Origin: Alloacidobacterium sp.
GTDB lineage: Bacteria; Acidobacteriota; Terriglobia; Terriglobales; Acidobacteriaceae
DNA length: 38,515 bases
NCBI GenBank assembly: GCA_035313725.1
Contig: DATGAD010000062.1
Span: 1-38,515, forward strand
Reading direction: 5' to 3'
Every line of letters begins with the position of its first letter. The stretch's first letter is position 1. The notes under the pieces were generated by a model. That model was given only the letters and a program-made list of their open reading frames with translations, did no database searches and was not told the DNA's origin. Made by a program: the position numbers and the translations under genes. Shown here piece after piece: positions 1 to 8,687 of the stretch.

Positions 1-1
1 T

Positions 2-766
2 TTTCGGTCATTTTCGGAACGTGCAGGAGTCTACGAATACCTCTGGACCGAAGCAGAAAAGCTGGCAGAACTTCAGGAGACCACCGAGTTCAACGCCACC
101 ATTGTGCAACCGATCGTAATCCCAGAGGCAGGAGTCCGAGAAAACGCTCCGGTTCCGGTTTCGCTTCCGCCGGCGCCACCCCAGGTGCCACCTCAGACAG
201 ATTCACTGATAGCTAGAATTCAGACGGTGCTGGGGCAGACTGCAGCGACAGCCAGATCCCTGCTGCGCACCGGAGTCATGGGGCTTCAGCAAATCCTCCG
301 CCCTCTCTGGGCTCGCATCGCTGCCTCATCCCTCGTTGTCCTTCTACTGGTTGCGGCGATCTGGCTCATCCACGAGCACAGCATCAGACCGCATTCTCAG
401 GCCGTCTCAACTCCTCAACAATCACAGCCTGCGGTTATTTCCCCACCGCAGATAAAACCGCAAGTGCCAGTGGCGACTCCCGATACGAGTGGCGCGGCAG
501 CATCAAGCCAGCCCAACACGCCGGCAAAAGTACCTGCTAAGACTCGCGGAGCCCGCTCCGAACCGAACGCAGGTTGTTCGATAGCCGGCCAGGTGCCCGC
601 CTACATGAAGATGGCCGAGAGAAACCGCGCCAGCGGTAAATACAAAGACGCAGAGCGCGAGTTCCGCGAAATATTGAATTGTGAGCCGAACAATGATGAA
701 GCGAAGGACGGTCTAAACAAAGTCCTCCGCGCAGAGCAGGAACACTTCGGCCCTCCCGGAATCTAA
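2..766 (+). CDS. 5'-truncated membrane protein: Pro-rich linkers, one TM helix, C-terminal TPR-like repeat
   Basis: The frame of ORF 104..766 is open back to base 2 (FRSFSERAGVYEYLWTE...). It has a hydrophobic segment (SSLVVLLLVAAIWLI) and a TPR-like end (GKYKDAEREFREILNCEPNNDEAKDGL). The N-terminal domain lies outside the window. Confidence 0.65.
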   Translation, partial: FRSFSERAGVYEYLWTEAEKLAELQETTEFNATIVQPIVIPEAGVRENAPVPVSLPPAPPQVPPQTDSLIARIQTVLGQTAATARSLLRTGVMGLQQILRPLWARIAASSLVVLLLVAAIWLIHEHSIRPHSQAVSTPQQSQPAVISPPQIKPQVPVATPDTSGAAASSQPNTPAKVPAKTRGARSEPNAGCSIAGQVPAYMKMAERNRASGKYKDAEREFREILNCEPNNDEAKDGLNKVLRAEQEHFGPPGI

Positions 767-786
767 GATGCGTTTCTGAGTCAGGG

Positions 787-2982
787 CTAGTGGCTCATCG
801 CGGGCATTCCAAGACCACCCCCCGGCGCATGCAGATCGGGAACAATATTGATGTTCATCATCATCCCGCCGTCCTCATGGTCCAGGATATGGCAATGGAT
901 GACGTACTCTCCGATGTAGCGGTCATAGTGAGTTCGAATGTGGACCTGATATCCGTTCTCAACAAAGATGGTGTCGCGAAAGACGTGGTACATATCGCAA
1001 TACTGGTTCCCCAGTCCCTGCGTATCGGGCACAACGTCCTTCCTGCAAAGGCCTTCCTGATCAAAGATGGATTCCTGGCCGCCGTCAGGAGCCAGGCGCG
1101 TAACATCCATCACTTCGAATGGGTTGACGTGGATGTGAAAAATATGGGGCTCTCCGTCAGCGGTCAACAGCCAGTCATCCGTGGTGTTGACCTGCCGGGT
1201 AACGTTCACCACATTCGGGTCATATGATTTGCCGTTGATCTGGAACAGCACGCTGTTGCCCTGGACATTGATTGCAAAATGGGCATGCTGCTGTTGGCTG
1301 CCGGGGGTCACAGGCCCCAGATCGGTGAAAGGAGCCCAGGGAGCGATGTTGCCGGTCAACAGTTCCTTGCGTACGTCGTCCGGCAGGTTCGGGTTCCGAT
1401 CATAAAGAGCCTTAAAGACATACGTCTGAAGATCCGTGGTGACAGCGTGCCCCCCTTCAACGTGGATGTAGGCAAGAAGCTGCGGTATTGACGGTCCCTG
1501 ACCACCGTTGTTTCCGTTGTTCGCACGCTCTTGCGGCGGAGCAGCCTGATCGAGCACACAGTAATTGCCATCCTCGGGAAAGACTACGAGGACATCGCTG
1601 CGGTAGCCGGGTTGCAGATAGTTCGAACCGTTCGAACTGGTCATGCTCACGCCGCTCAACGTATGAATCTTCGAGAGCGTCAGGCCATCGGCCGCAATCT
1701 CAAACTGCGGAATGAGCGTCTGCGGTGTCGCCGGACAGAACTTGGCTAAATCCGCTTTCTGCTGCTGGCGGTTTCCGCTCAATGCCGACGTGGCAATCAG
1801 GTTTGCGGCCCCCGCCACCGGCGACGCGCGCACGATTTGCAGATTGATCGTGTCATGAATGCCGGCATGCAGGAATCGCCACCGCTGGATCTCACCGGCG
1901 GCAATCGTCATGGTAGGCTCCACAATTCCGTTGACGCTGGTGAATCTCCCATTGGAGTCCCAGATCGTCGGAGAATCGAGTTGCAAAGTAAAGTTCTCGA
2001 TGACCCCTCGGCTCACAAAATTATCCGGCGTGGGCTTCGGACAGACCCACGGCGCGAAGACGGCTGGCGGAGGAGTTGTCGCGTTCAAGCCCGCGATATC
2101 AAAGAGGCCCTTCGTCGTGTAAATCTCCTGCCATGGGCCTCCATCCAGACTCGGGTCGTTCTTAAAACATGCATAGGCGATCTGCTCGAAGTGGAACAAC
2201 TGTTCCCTCATCGGCCCACCATCGGCATCGTGCAGGATGGTATCGATATCCGCGATCGGGTGCGGGTTCTCCGGAGTCGGAGGAGTGTAGGGCCGGTTGC
2301 CACGTATGATCAGCATGCCCGAAGCTCCACTGGAAACCTGCACCGCCGTCGAGCCGTGCCGGTGCGCGTGATACCAGAACGTCCCCGCCGGATGATCCGC
2401 CGGAATGTTGATCTCGTAAGGGAAGCGGGTCTGCGGGGCAATATTGAGCAGCACGTTGTCGCTGTTCCCTGCCGGCGATACATGCAGACCGTGCGTGTGG
2501 AGGTTAATGGTATTGAAGCAGCCTACCCCGGGCGGCATGCTCAGGCCTGACGGCGGGTTCTTGTAACAGCTCGGATCGTTCGCATCGAGTTCGTTGACAA
2601 GCTCGACCCGCAGCGTGTTTCCCGGATTTACTTCAATCGTCGGCCCCGACTTACAGCCTCCATAAGATCGCAGTGTTACCGGGTCTTCTCCCTGATACGG
2701 ATCAGTCGGATCAGGGTTGTTGATGTTGAAATCAGAGCGAACGAAGTTCAGCTTGACGGAGACAATGCTGCCGTTTCGGGTGATGGAGCCCTGGGGCTGA
2801 CAAGTCTGTTGAGTTGCTTCCCTGACCACGAATAGATTCCCGGCGGGCGGTCTCGCTTCGGTGAATGACGGCGGCGCCTCAAACGGATGCACCTGTGCCT
2901 GAGCGTGGTTCGTGCCGCAGACAGCAAACAGGATTGCCGGCGCGAATGTCAGTGCAAATGTTGAAGTGGTCGATCTTTGCAT
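787..2982 (-). CDS. Secreted multicopper oxidase (laccase-like, 3-domain)
   Basis: All four MCO Cu-binding motifs are present: HTHGLH, WYHAHRHG, HIFHIHVNPF, HCHILDHEDGGMM (Met axial ligand). Start placed at ATG 2982 after AGGAGAAGAA; Sec-like signal ending ...HAQA. Confidence 0.93.
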   Translation of the reverse strand: MQRSTTSTFALTFAPAILFAVCGTNHAQAQVHPFEAPPSFTEARPPAGNLFVVREATQQTCQPQGSITRNGSIVSVKLNFVRSDFNINNPDPTDPYQGEDPVTLRSYGGCKSGPTIEVNPGNTLRVELVNELDANDPSCYKNPPSGLSMPPGVGCFNTINLHTHGLHVSPAGNSDNVLLNIAPQTRFPYEINIPADHPAGTFWYHAHRHGSTAVQVSSGASGMLIIRGNRPYTPPTPENPHPIADIDTILHDADGGPMREQLFHFEQIAYACFKNDPSLDGGPWQEIYTTKGLFDIAGLNATTPPPAVFAPWVCPKPTPDNFVSRGVIENFTLQLDSPTIWDSNGRFTSVNGIVEPTMTIAAGEIQRWRFLHAGIHDTINLQIVRASPVAGAANLIATSALSGNRQQQKADLAKFCPATPQTLIPQFEIAADGLTLSKIHTLSGVSMTSSNGSNYLQPGYRSDVLVVFPEDGNYCVLDQAAPPQERANNGNNGGQGPSIPQLLAYIHVEGGHAVTTDLQTYVFKALYDRNPNLPDDVRKELLTGNIAPWAPFTDLGPVTPGSQQQHAHFAINVQGNSVLFQINGKSYDPNVVNVTRQVNTTDDWLLTADGEPHIFHIHVNPFEVMDVTRLAPDGGQESIFDQEGLCRKDVVPDTQGLGNQYCDMYHVFRDTIFVENGYQVHIRTHYDRYIGEYVIHCHILDHEDGGMMMNINIVPDLHAPGGGLGMPAMSH

Positions 2983-3452
2983 TTCTTCTCCTGACATGGT
3001 TCTCAACCGAAATTCATAGGTGGAGTTGCGGCCAGAATTGGCCGGCGGAGCGGGCGGGCAAACTTCGGCATCAGCGCACGCAACTGCGTCCCACTATTCC
3101 GAGGCATCAGCAGGGGAAGGCCTCTGAGAGCAGGCTCAGCGTCGCAGTTCCTGCACATCACAGCGCTCTTTGCATTGCTGGTGTGTCCATCGAAGATTGC
3201 ACGGTCCGAGGCAGCGTAGCCGGGCGCTTGCTTCACCCGGAAAGGTCGATCGCTCAAGCGTTGTTCGCGCGCATAGTGTTCGCTATGAGGTTCTGAAAAA
3301 CCCGGTGTGCGCCCCGGGGAGATGAGTCGAACGCGCAGATCGATAGAGCCAGGAGTGGGGTTAAAGGTGGATCAATAGAGCATTTAAATCGGTGACGAGA
3401 CAATACTCCAGAATCATCCGGCCCGCAACTGGTTTTCTTGTGGTCATAGAGT

Positions 3453-3473
3453 GTTAGTTGATCGTCAACTAAC
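3453..3473. promoter_or_regulatory. Perfect inverted repeat GTTAGTTGA-tcg-TCAACTAAC, candidate operator
   Basis: 9-bp arms with a 3-nt spacer, in the intergenic region between the divergent MCO and tyrosinase genes. Confidence 0.45.
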
Positions 3474-4067
3474 TGGAGTTAGAATTACGCGTCTTAGCCG
3501 GCGTCCGGAGTTATTGAAGCTAGCGCTCTACTGAATGGAACCAATAACTCGAGGATGGGGGCTTTTCATGAGCCACTTACTTGAGTCGTCAAAGCAGGAA
3601 ATCTAACTTGACAAATCAAATAGGCCATGATGAAGTTTTGGGCGGTACTTTGTCGCATCATTCTGCGACCTGAACGACTAACGATTGAGAACATCCTCGG
3701 ATTACTTCGAGATTTCTCCTCCCTTACCCGGACCGCGATACTGCAAGTAGATCGACTTAACCTAGCGCGCGACAAAGCCTGAAGCAAGCGCCGCTACTTA
3801 CGCTCAGTGATTGAGCTGCCCTGGAACCTCCATCATGCCAACAACACTCCCTGCGATTTTCCGGCTTGGAAGACGCCGGGGATTTCCTTCGTGACAAAAC
3901 AACCCGTCCGCCGATGCGGCTTGAAGGTTCGGCGACTATCTGCTGATTCCCGCGCCGCTCTGAGTTAGAACCGGCCCGCGCTACAGAGCGCCAGGCGGCG
4001 GTGACGGACTTCGCGCGAAACCGCACCGGATCGGGCAGCCCGGTTGAAGAGAACTGAGGTCTTTACG

Positions 4068-6125
4068 ATGGCAGACGAAACTGCAAAGGCACCACAGTTG
4101 ACACGCTATCAACGTGTCAAAGCGATCCTCAGCGAGGCTTCCGTGGATGCCAGCCCAAGCTATCAGGGCTACGGAAAGTTCTGGGAGTTGCCGCTACCGG
4201 AACTGCTCGAGGTTGTGATCTACGGCGTCCGCATGATCGCGCCGTCTACCCCCGCGCCGTCCGGCTTCGCCTTCACTCCTCCTCCAGCGCCAGCGTCATG
4301 TTGTCATACGCCGAGTCCTGCAGATGCTTCCGCGCCAATCGGCAACACGCCCGGCCGTGGCGCAGCCTCGGGGTTGATCATCGGCCTCAAAGGCCAAAGC
4401 CCGTTTGACGGAACACAGTTTCCGCCGCTGCCCTGGGGTGGCAAAGCCGTCGCGAGCGCGGATATTCAATTCATCGAAGACTGGATCGACGACGGCTGTC
4501 CGGAGACGGATGCCCCGCAATCTGCGATTGAGGTACTTGAGTCAACAGTCAAGGCACGCGCGCGTGGCGATGCAGAAGTCCCGCTGTCACCCGTCTCTTC
4601 AAACCAATATCGCGACGACGAGGGCAGAGTGAAAGCGCGCAAGAACATCAATGCGCTCCCGCCCGACGAGTTGAACCGATTCCGCGCGGCCCTTGCGAAG
4701 ATGAAGTCGCTCGACAACTACTATCAGGACGAGCGCAGCTTCGCCTACTGGGCGCGCATGCATGCCAATCTCTGCCAGCACGGCTGGGAAGAATTCCTCA
4801 CCTGGCACCGTCTCTATCTGTACTACTTCGAGCTTCAACTGCAGGACAACGATCCGTCGGTAACGCTTCCCTATTGGGACTGGACAGACAACACCACACC
4901 CGACCTCGACCTATCGCTCTTCGATGCAGCTCAGCAGGACCCGTCGATCAAGACCGACAACGGTGTGATCCCGGAAGCCTATCGCTGCTTCCTCACGCAG
5001 GCCGGCTGGGACGCGCTGAAGGCAGGTGGCGTTGTTCCCCCCGATGTGCTCGATAAGCTTATGAAAGTAGTGGAGAGCGGCGCCAGTTACAACTCCGGAC
5101 TGCGGCTCTTTCAAGCCGCGGACATTCCCTATGGTGCAAACAAGGCCAGCGACAAGGCCATCATCACCACGCTGGCGCAGGTCAATCCCTTGTGGCATCC
5201 GCTGCGCTGGCCCGGCGGCGACCAGGGTCTGATCTTCGAAGCCTATCCCACGCCCGACGATGTGCAGCGCATCCTCGCGCTCCCAAGCTTCTTCAACTTC
5301 GGCAGCGGGCCGATGAATAACCATTTCTTCGGCGCGGTCGAGAACATCCACAACCTGATCCACAATTTCTCCGGCGGCGCGAACCCCAACTACAAGATGG
5401 GAACGAACCCATCCGACCGCAACAACGAGCCGCAAGTCGGCGACATGGTCAACGCCGGCGTCACCGCCTTCGATCCCATCTTCTGGGGACATCACAGCAA
5501 CGTCGATCGCCTCTGGGCCCAATGGTCGACGCTGCACGCCGGCGTCGGCCCTGACAATCTCAGCTCGGTCCTGCCGCCATTTCCGCTGGGCGTTCAGGAC
5601 ACGCTCGATATCGCCAACTTCGGTTACGAATATGTAAAGTCCGAGCACACATACCCTGTCAGCAACCAGCTTGCTGTCTCGAAGTTCAAGTCAGCCAAAA
5701 CAGCAGTCGCGAAAAACGTTTTGAAAGACCACAGCAGCGCGGAAGTCCGCCTGCACAAGGTGCATTACCGGATGCGCAGCGGCTTCCACGTTCGCGTCTT
5801 CCTCAACTCCCCCGGAGCCGACGTAAAAACACCCGCGCGCGGCAACGATCACTACGTCGGCCAGTTCAACATGTTCAGCGGCTTCTGTATCGGAGGCCCC
5901 GGTCATTGCGATCCGCCTCCGGAAACACAGCGAAAGTTCGACCGCCGTTCGCGCGCGCATAAAACGCCCGGCAATGTACGCCTCGATGCGACCGACACCG
6001 TACGCAAACTCGCCGCCCAGGGGGAGACCGCGTTTCAGGTGAACCTCGTCGTTATGAACACCGACGGAACTCCGGCGGATGACGCGCTGCTGATGCACGG
6101 CGTCTCGCTGATCTTCAAGGAATAG
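4068..6125 (+). CDS. Tyrosinase / type-3 copper protein with extra N-terminal domain and PPO-like C-terminal domain
   Basis: CuA region HANLCQHGWEEFLTWHR, LPYWDW motif, CuB region ENIHNLIH...AFDPIFWGHHSNVDRLW. The C-terminal VRVFLNSPGAD...HYVGQF resembles a polyphenol-oxidase shielding domain. ATG 4068 follows GAGGT. Confidence 0.92.
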   Translation: MADETAKAPQLTRYQRVKAILSEASVDASPSYQGYGKFWELPLPELLEVVIYGVRMIAPSTPAPSGFAFTPPPAPASCCHTPSPADASAPIGNTPGRGAASGLIIGLKGQSPFDGTQFPPLPWGGKAVASADIQFIEDWIDDGCPETDAPQSAIEVLESTVKARARGDAEVPLSPVSSNQYRDDEGRVKARKNINALPPDELNRFRAALAKMKSLDNYYQDERSFAYWARMHANLCQHGWEEFLTWHRLYLYYFELQLQDNDPSVTLPYWDWTDNTTPDLDLSLFDAAQQDPSIKTDNGVIPEAYRCFLTQAGWDALKAGGVVPPDVLDKLMKVVESGASYNSGLRLFQAADIPYGANKASDKAIITTLAQVNPLWHPLRWPGGDQGLIFEAYPTPDDVQRILALPSFFNFGSGPMNNHFFGAVENIHNLIHNFSGGANPNYKMGTNPSDRNNEPQVGDMVNAGVTAFDPIFWGHHSNVDRLWAQWSTLHAGVGPDNLSSVLPPFPLGVQDTLDIANFGYEYVKSEHTYPVSNQLAVSKFKSAKTAVAKNVLKDHSSAEVRLHKVHYRMRSGFHVRVFLNSPGADVKTPARGNDHYVGQFNMFSGFCIGGPGHCDPPPETQRKFDRRSRAHKTPGNVRLDATDTVRKLAAQGETAFQVNLVVMNTDGTPADDALLMHGVSLIFKE

Positions 6126-6151
6126 CTCCGCAGTTTCATCCAGGAGATGGC

Positions 6152-8245
6152 ATGACACCGACCTACAAAATTCATCCGGCAATTGGAATCGCGCGCCTCG
6201 GCAACAGTTCGGAATTCTATCTGGCGCCCGAAAAAGCAGGCGGCCTGCCCATCCAGTGCAACGCCGACGGAACCGCCACGCAACCCGAAGAGCCGGTGAC
6301 GGCATTCAAAGACAACGCAGGCGCGATCAAGCGGCAAGCCGCACGCTTCCGCGTCTTCATCTACGACGACGCCAGCCCCAACGGCCGCGAATTGCAGATC
6401 AACGACACGATCAAGATACTCAACCAGACCTCCGGCCAGATCATGACAGGAACGCTCACCGATGTGGTCTGGACCGTCTATCTCGCCAACAAAAAAGCCA
6501 GCTGGTATGAATTCACCGAAACCGCCGGCGAGCACGGATACGCGCCCGACGCCATCCTCCGCAACCAAGACATCACCAACCCCGACCTGCGACAGAACCT
6601 CATCATCGATCCCGGCCCGCAGTCCGTGGCGCTCCAGGCAGCCAGCGGAGCGCCCGCCACCGCACAGTTCGCGCAGGGCCAGAACCTCAACCAGACCTTC
6701 CCGCCGCCGCTTGTTCCCAATTCGATCACCACGCTCGGCGAAATCATGGCCACCCGGCAAGGCGAATATCCACATTTGGTCGTGCTCGGAGGAAACGGAA
6801 ATTCCGGCTCGTCGAAAAAGGGCCTGGGCGAGCCGCACATTCAAGCCTTCGCCAACAACGATGGCTGGTTCGACGACGTCTCCGACGGCCCTGTCACCGC
6901 GCAGCTGCTTGTCACCGTCACTGAGATCGACGGCCGGCCGCTCCAGCCTGGCGACACGACTTTCACTTCTGCATCGGTCAACGTAGACGATCCCGCCTGG
7001 GTCATCGTCGCCTACCCGCGCTATGCGCCCGAGCTCGTCGATGTCGTCACATTGGACGACGTCGTCTACGACCTCTCCATCCGCAACTTCGCCTTTAACA
7101 CGTACATGTATGGCGTTCCGCCTTTTAAGCACGACGCGCCACCACACAGCCTCGAGGTATGGCAAAAAGAGGCGAAATGGAACCCCAACTACTATCCATA
7201 TTTCTGGCAGGAGGTGTGGCCGATCCTCACCCGCCCCTACTACTACCAGTTCGTGATGGACTTCGACCCCCTGACCGGCGGCGATCCCCATGAAACCGCG
7301 CGCGGCAGCAGCGGCAACATGGACCCCGACTTCATCTCCATCCCGCCCTTCGACGACGAAGACCCCACCGAGCGCGAGATCCGCTACCAGCGCCGCATGT
7401 TCATCTACCACATGCTGCGCAAGCCCGGCGGAGAAAACCAGCTCACCACCGCCATGAGCAAACTCGACTCAAACCAGCATCCCTTCGCCATGCCGTACCT
7501 GTGTGGAGACAATCCTCTATCCAACACCAGCCCTTCGAAATTCCTGCGCCTCACCGACACGCAGCTCTTCATCCTGCGCCAGTGGGCACAGGGCAAGTTC
7601 ATCAACGAAAAGATCGAGAAGCTCCCGCCCCTGCCCATCCCGCCCGGCGTAGAACTCGATCGCGGCACGCTCGGCTGCGCGCTTGGCGGAGCATTCTGCC
7701 CTGGCGCCGAGGTCTGCTGGATCATACGCAATCCCGCCATCTATTCCTCGCCTTACCGAATCAATCAGGCGTCCTACACGCCCGGCGGCCTCAGCCAACC
7801 CGCTGTCGTTGCCGGAGGCACCGCAGCCGATCTCGCCGCCGGACTCGAACCCGGCGACATCACCAAATACGACGCCGTCCCCTGGCAGTCCGATTTCAAC
7901 GAGTGTTCCAACCAGGACATGGATATCACCTATGAAAACTGGTGCGAGATCTATCCCGACAGCACCGGTGACCCCGTACAGCCCGTCACCCAGCTCACCT
8001 ACTGGTGGCCCGTGCATCGACCCATGGACGTGTTCACCTACCTCGGCGGCGCCAACTATGGCTTCGGCCCGTGGTCGCCAACCGCGCAGACCTACGTCGG
8101 CGATCTCCAGATGGTGACCGCATGGGCCACTCTCGGATTCATCCTGCGCAACCCGACAGCAACGCCGGGAAGCAGCAACCCTGAATTCGCCAACGTTCCC
8201 AGCGGCAACATGAACGTGTGGAAACAGAATGGAGGCACACAATGA
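6152..8245 (+). CDS. lodA: LodA/GoxA-family cysteine tryptophylquinone (CTQ) amino-acid oxidase
   Basis: Family motifs YKIHPAIGIARLGNS, IKRQAARFRVF, WTVYLANKKASWY, NNDGWFDDVSDGPV, GGAFCPG, PWQSDFNEC (Asp/Cys of the CTQ site) and YWWP (CTQ Trp). RBS AGGAG. Confidence 0.92.
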   Translation: MTPTYKIHPAIGIARLGNSSEFYLAPEKAGGLPIQCNADGTATQPEEPVTAFKDNAGAIKRQAARFRVFIYDDASPNGRELQINDTIKILNQTSGQIMTGTLTDVVWTVYLANKKASWYEFTETAGEHGYAPDAILRNQDITNPDLRQNLIIDPGPQSVALQAASGAPATAQFAQGQNLNQTFPPPLVPNSITTLGEIMATRQGEYPHLVVLGGNGNSGSSKKGLGEPHIQAFANNDGWFDDVSDGPVTAQLLVTVTEIDGRPLQPGDTTFTSASVNVDDPAWVIVAYPRYAPELVDVVTLDDVVYDLSIRNFAFNTYMYGVPPFKHDAPPHSLEVWQKEAKWNPNYYPYFWQEVWPILTRPYYYQFVMDFDPLTGGDPHETARGSSGNMDPDFISIPPFDDEDPTEREIRYQRRMFIYHMLRKPGGENQLTTAMSKLDSNQHPFAMPYLCGDNPLSNTSPSKFLRLTDTQLFILRQWAQGKFINEKIEKLPPLPIPPGVELDRGTLGCALGGAFCPGAEVCWIIRNPAIYSSPYRINQASYTPGGLSQPAVVAGGTAADLAAGLEPGDITKYDAVPWQSDFNECSNQDMDITYENWCEIYPDSTGDPVQPVTQLTYWWPVHRPMDVFTYLGGANYGFGPWSPTAQTYVGDLQMVTAWATLGFILRNPTATPGSSNPEFANVPSGNMNVWKQNGGTQ

Positions 8246-8679
8246 GCCAGTCGCCAGATATCGGAAGCCTCGTCGGCATCTGGACCTATCGCAGTTTCAT
8301 CAACGATCCCGACCTCGCGACGCCCTACGATCAATATCTCTTCGGCTCCGGCTACATCACTGTGGAGGAGGCGCCCATGGGCGTCTTCAAAGGCGTTATT
8401 GGAGACACCGGCTGGTCCCTCGAACTCAACGGCTCGCTCAACTACGGCTATCCCTGCGTCGCCCGCTTCCAGGGTAAAGGCGTCGTCGGTGGCGAGGAGT
8501 GGATCTACGACTACCTCGGCTTCGTCATCCCGCCCTGGCCGAACGGAGTCAATCAGCTGCCCGCCATGGTGGGCACCATCGTCCGCACCATCCCCCACAC
8601 GGGCGATTCCGCGGGCAGTGTCGCGCCGGCAGGCGTCACCGCCTCGTGGATCGCCGTGTGGAAAGGCCCCGCAGCTTAA
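8242..8679 (+). CDS. Small hypothetical beta-rich protein (145 aa), translationally coupled to lodA
   Basis: ATGA overlap with the lodA stop, GGAGG RBS, same C-rich codon usage as neighbours; sequence GIWTYRSFINDP...WIYDYLG...WPNGVNQ. Confidence 0.8.
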   Translation: MSQSPDIGSLVGIWTYRSFINDPDLATPYDQYLFGSGYITVEEAPMGVFKGVIGDTGWSLELNGSLNYGYPCVARFQGKGVVGGEEWIYDYLGFVIPPWPNGVNQLPAMVGTIVRTIPHTGDSAGSVAPAGVTASWIAVWKGPAA

Positions 8680-8687
8680 CAAACCCA

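Noticed and set aside
2-110. Possible tail of a class III nucleotide cyclase domain (VYEYLW)
   Set aside because: Too little sequence lies inside the window to support the call.
3608-3619. Possible FNR box (TTGAC..ATCAA)
   Set aside because: The spacing is 2 nt shorter than TTGAT-N4-ATCAA; kept only as a generic dyad.
4068-4505. c-type cytochrome domain on the tyrosinase
   Set aside because: No CxxCH (only SCCH) and no export signal for heme attachment.
5691-8682. Long antisense ORFs (6035..7411, 7517..8242, 8092..8682, 5691..6305)
   Set aside because: They lie opposite motif-supported genes with strongly biased codon usage, carry no motifs, and are typical shadow ORFs.
8499-8687. Extended N-terminus of the LodB-like ORF
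   Set aside because: It overlaps the 145-aa gene and is low-complexity and Arg-rich; the FAD motif begins right after GTG 8688.
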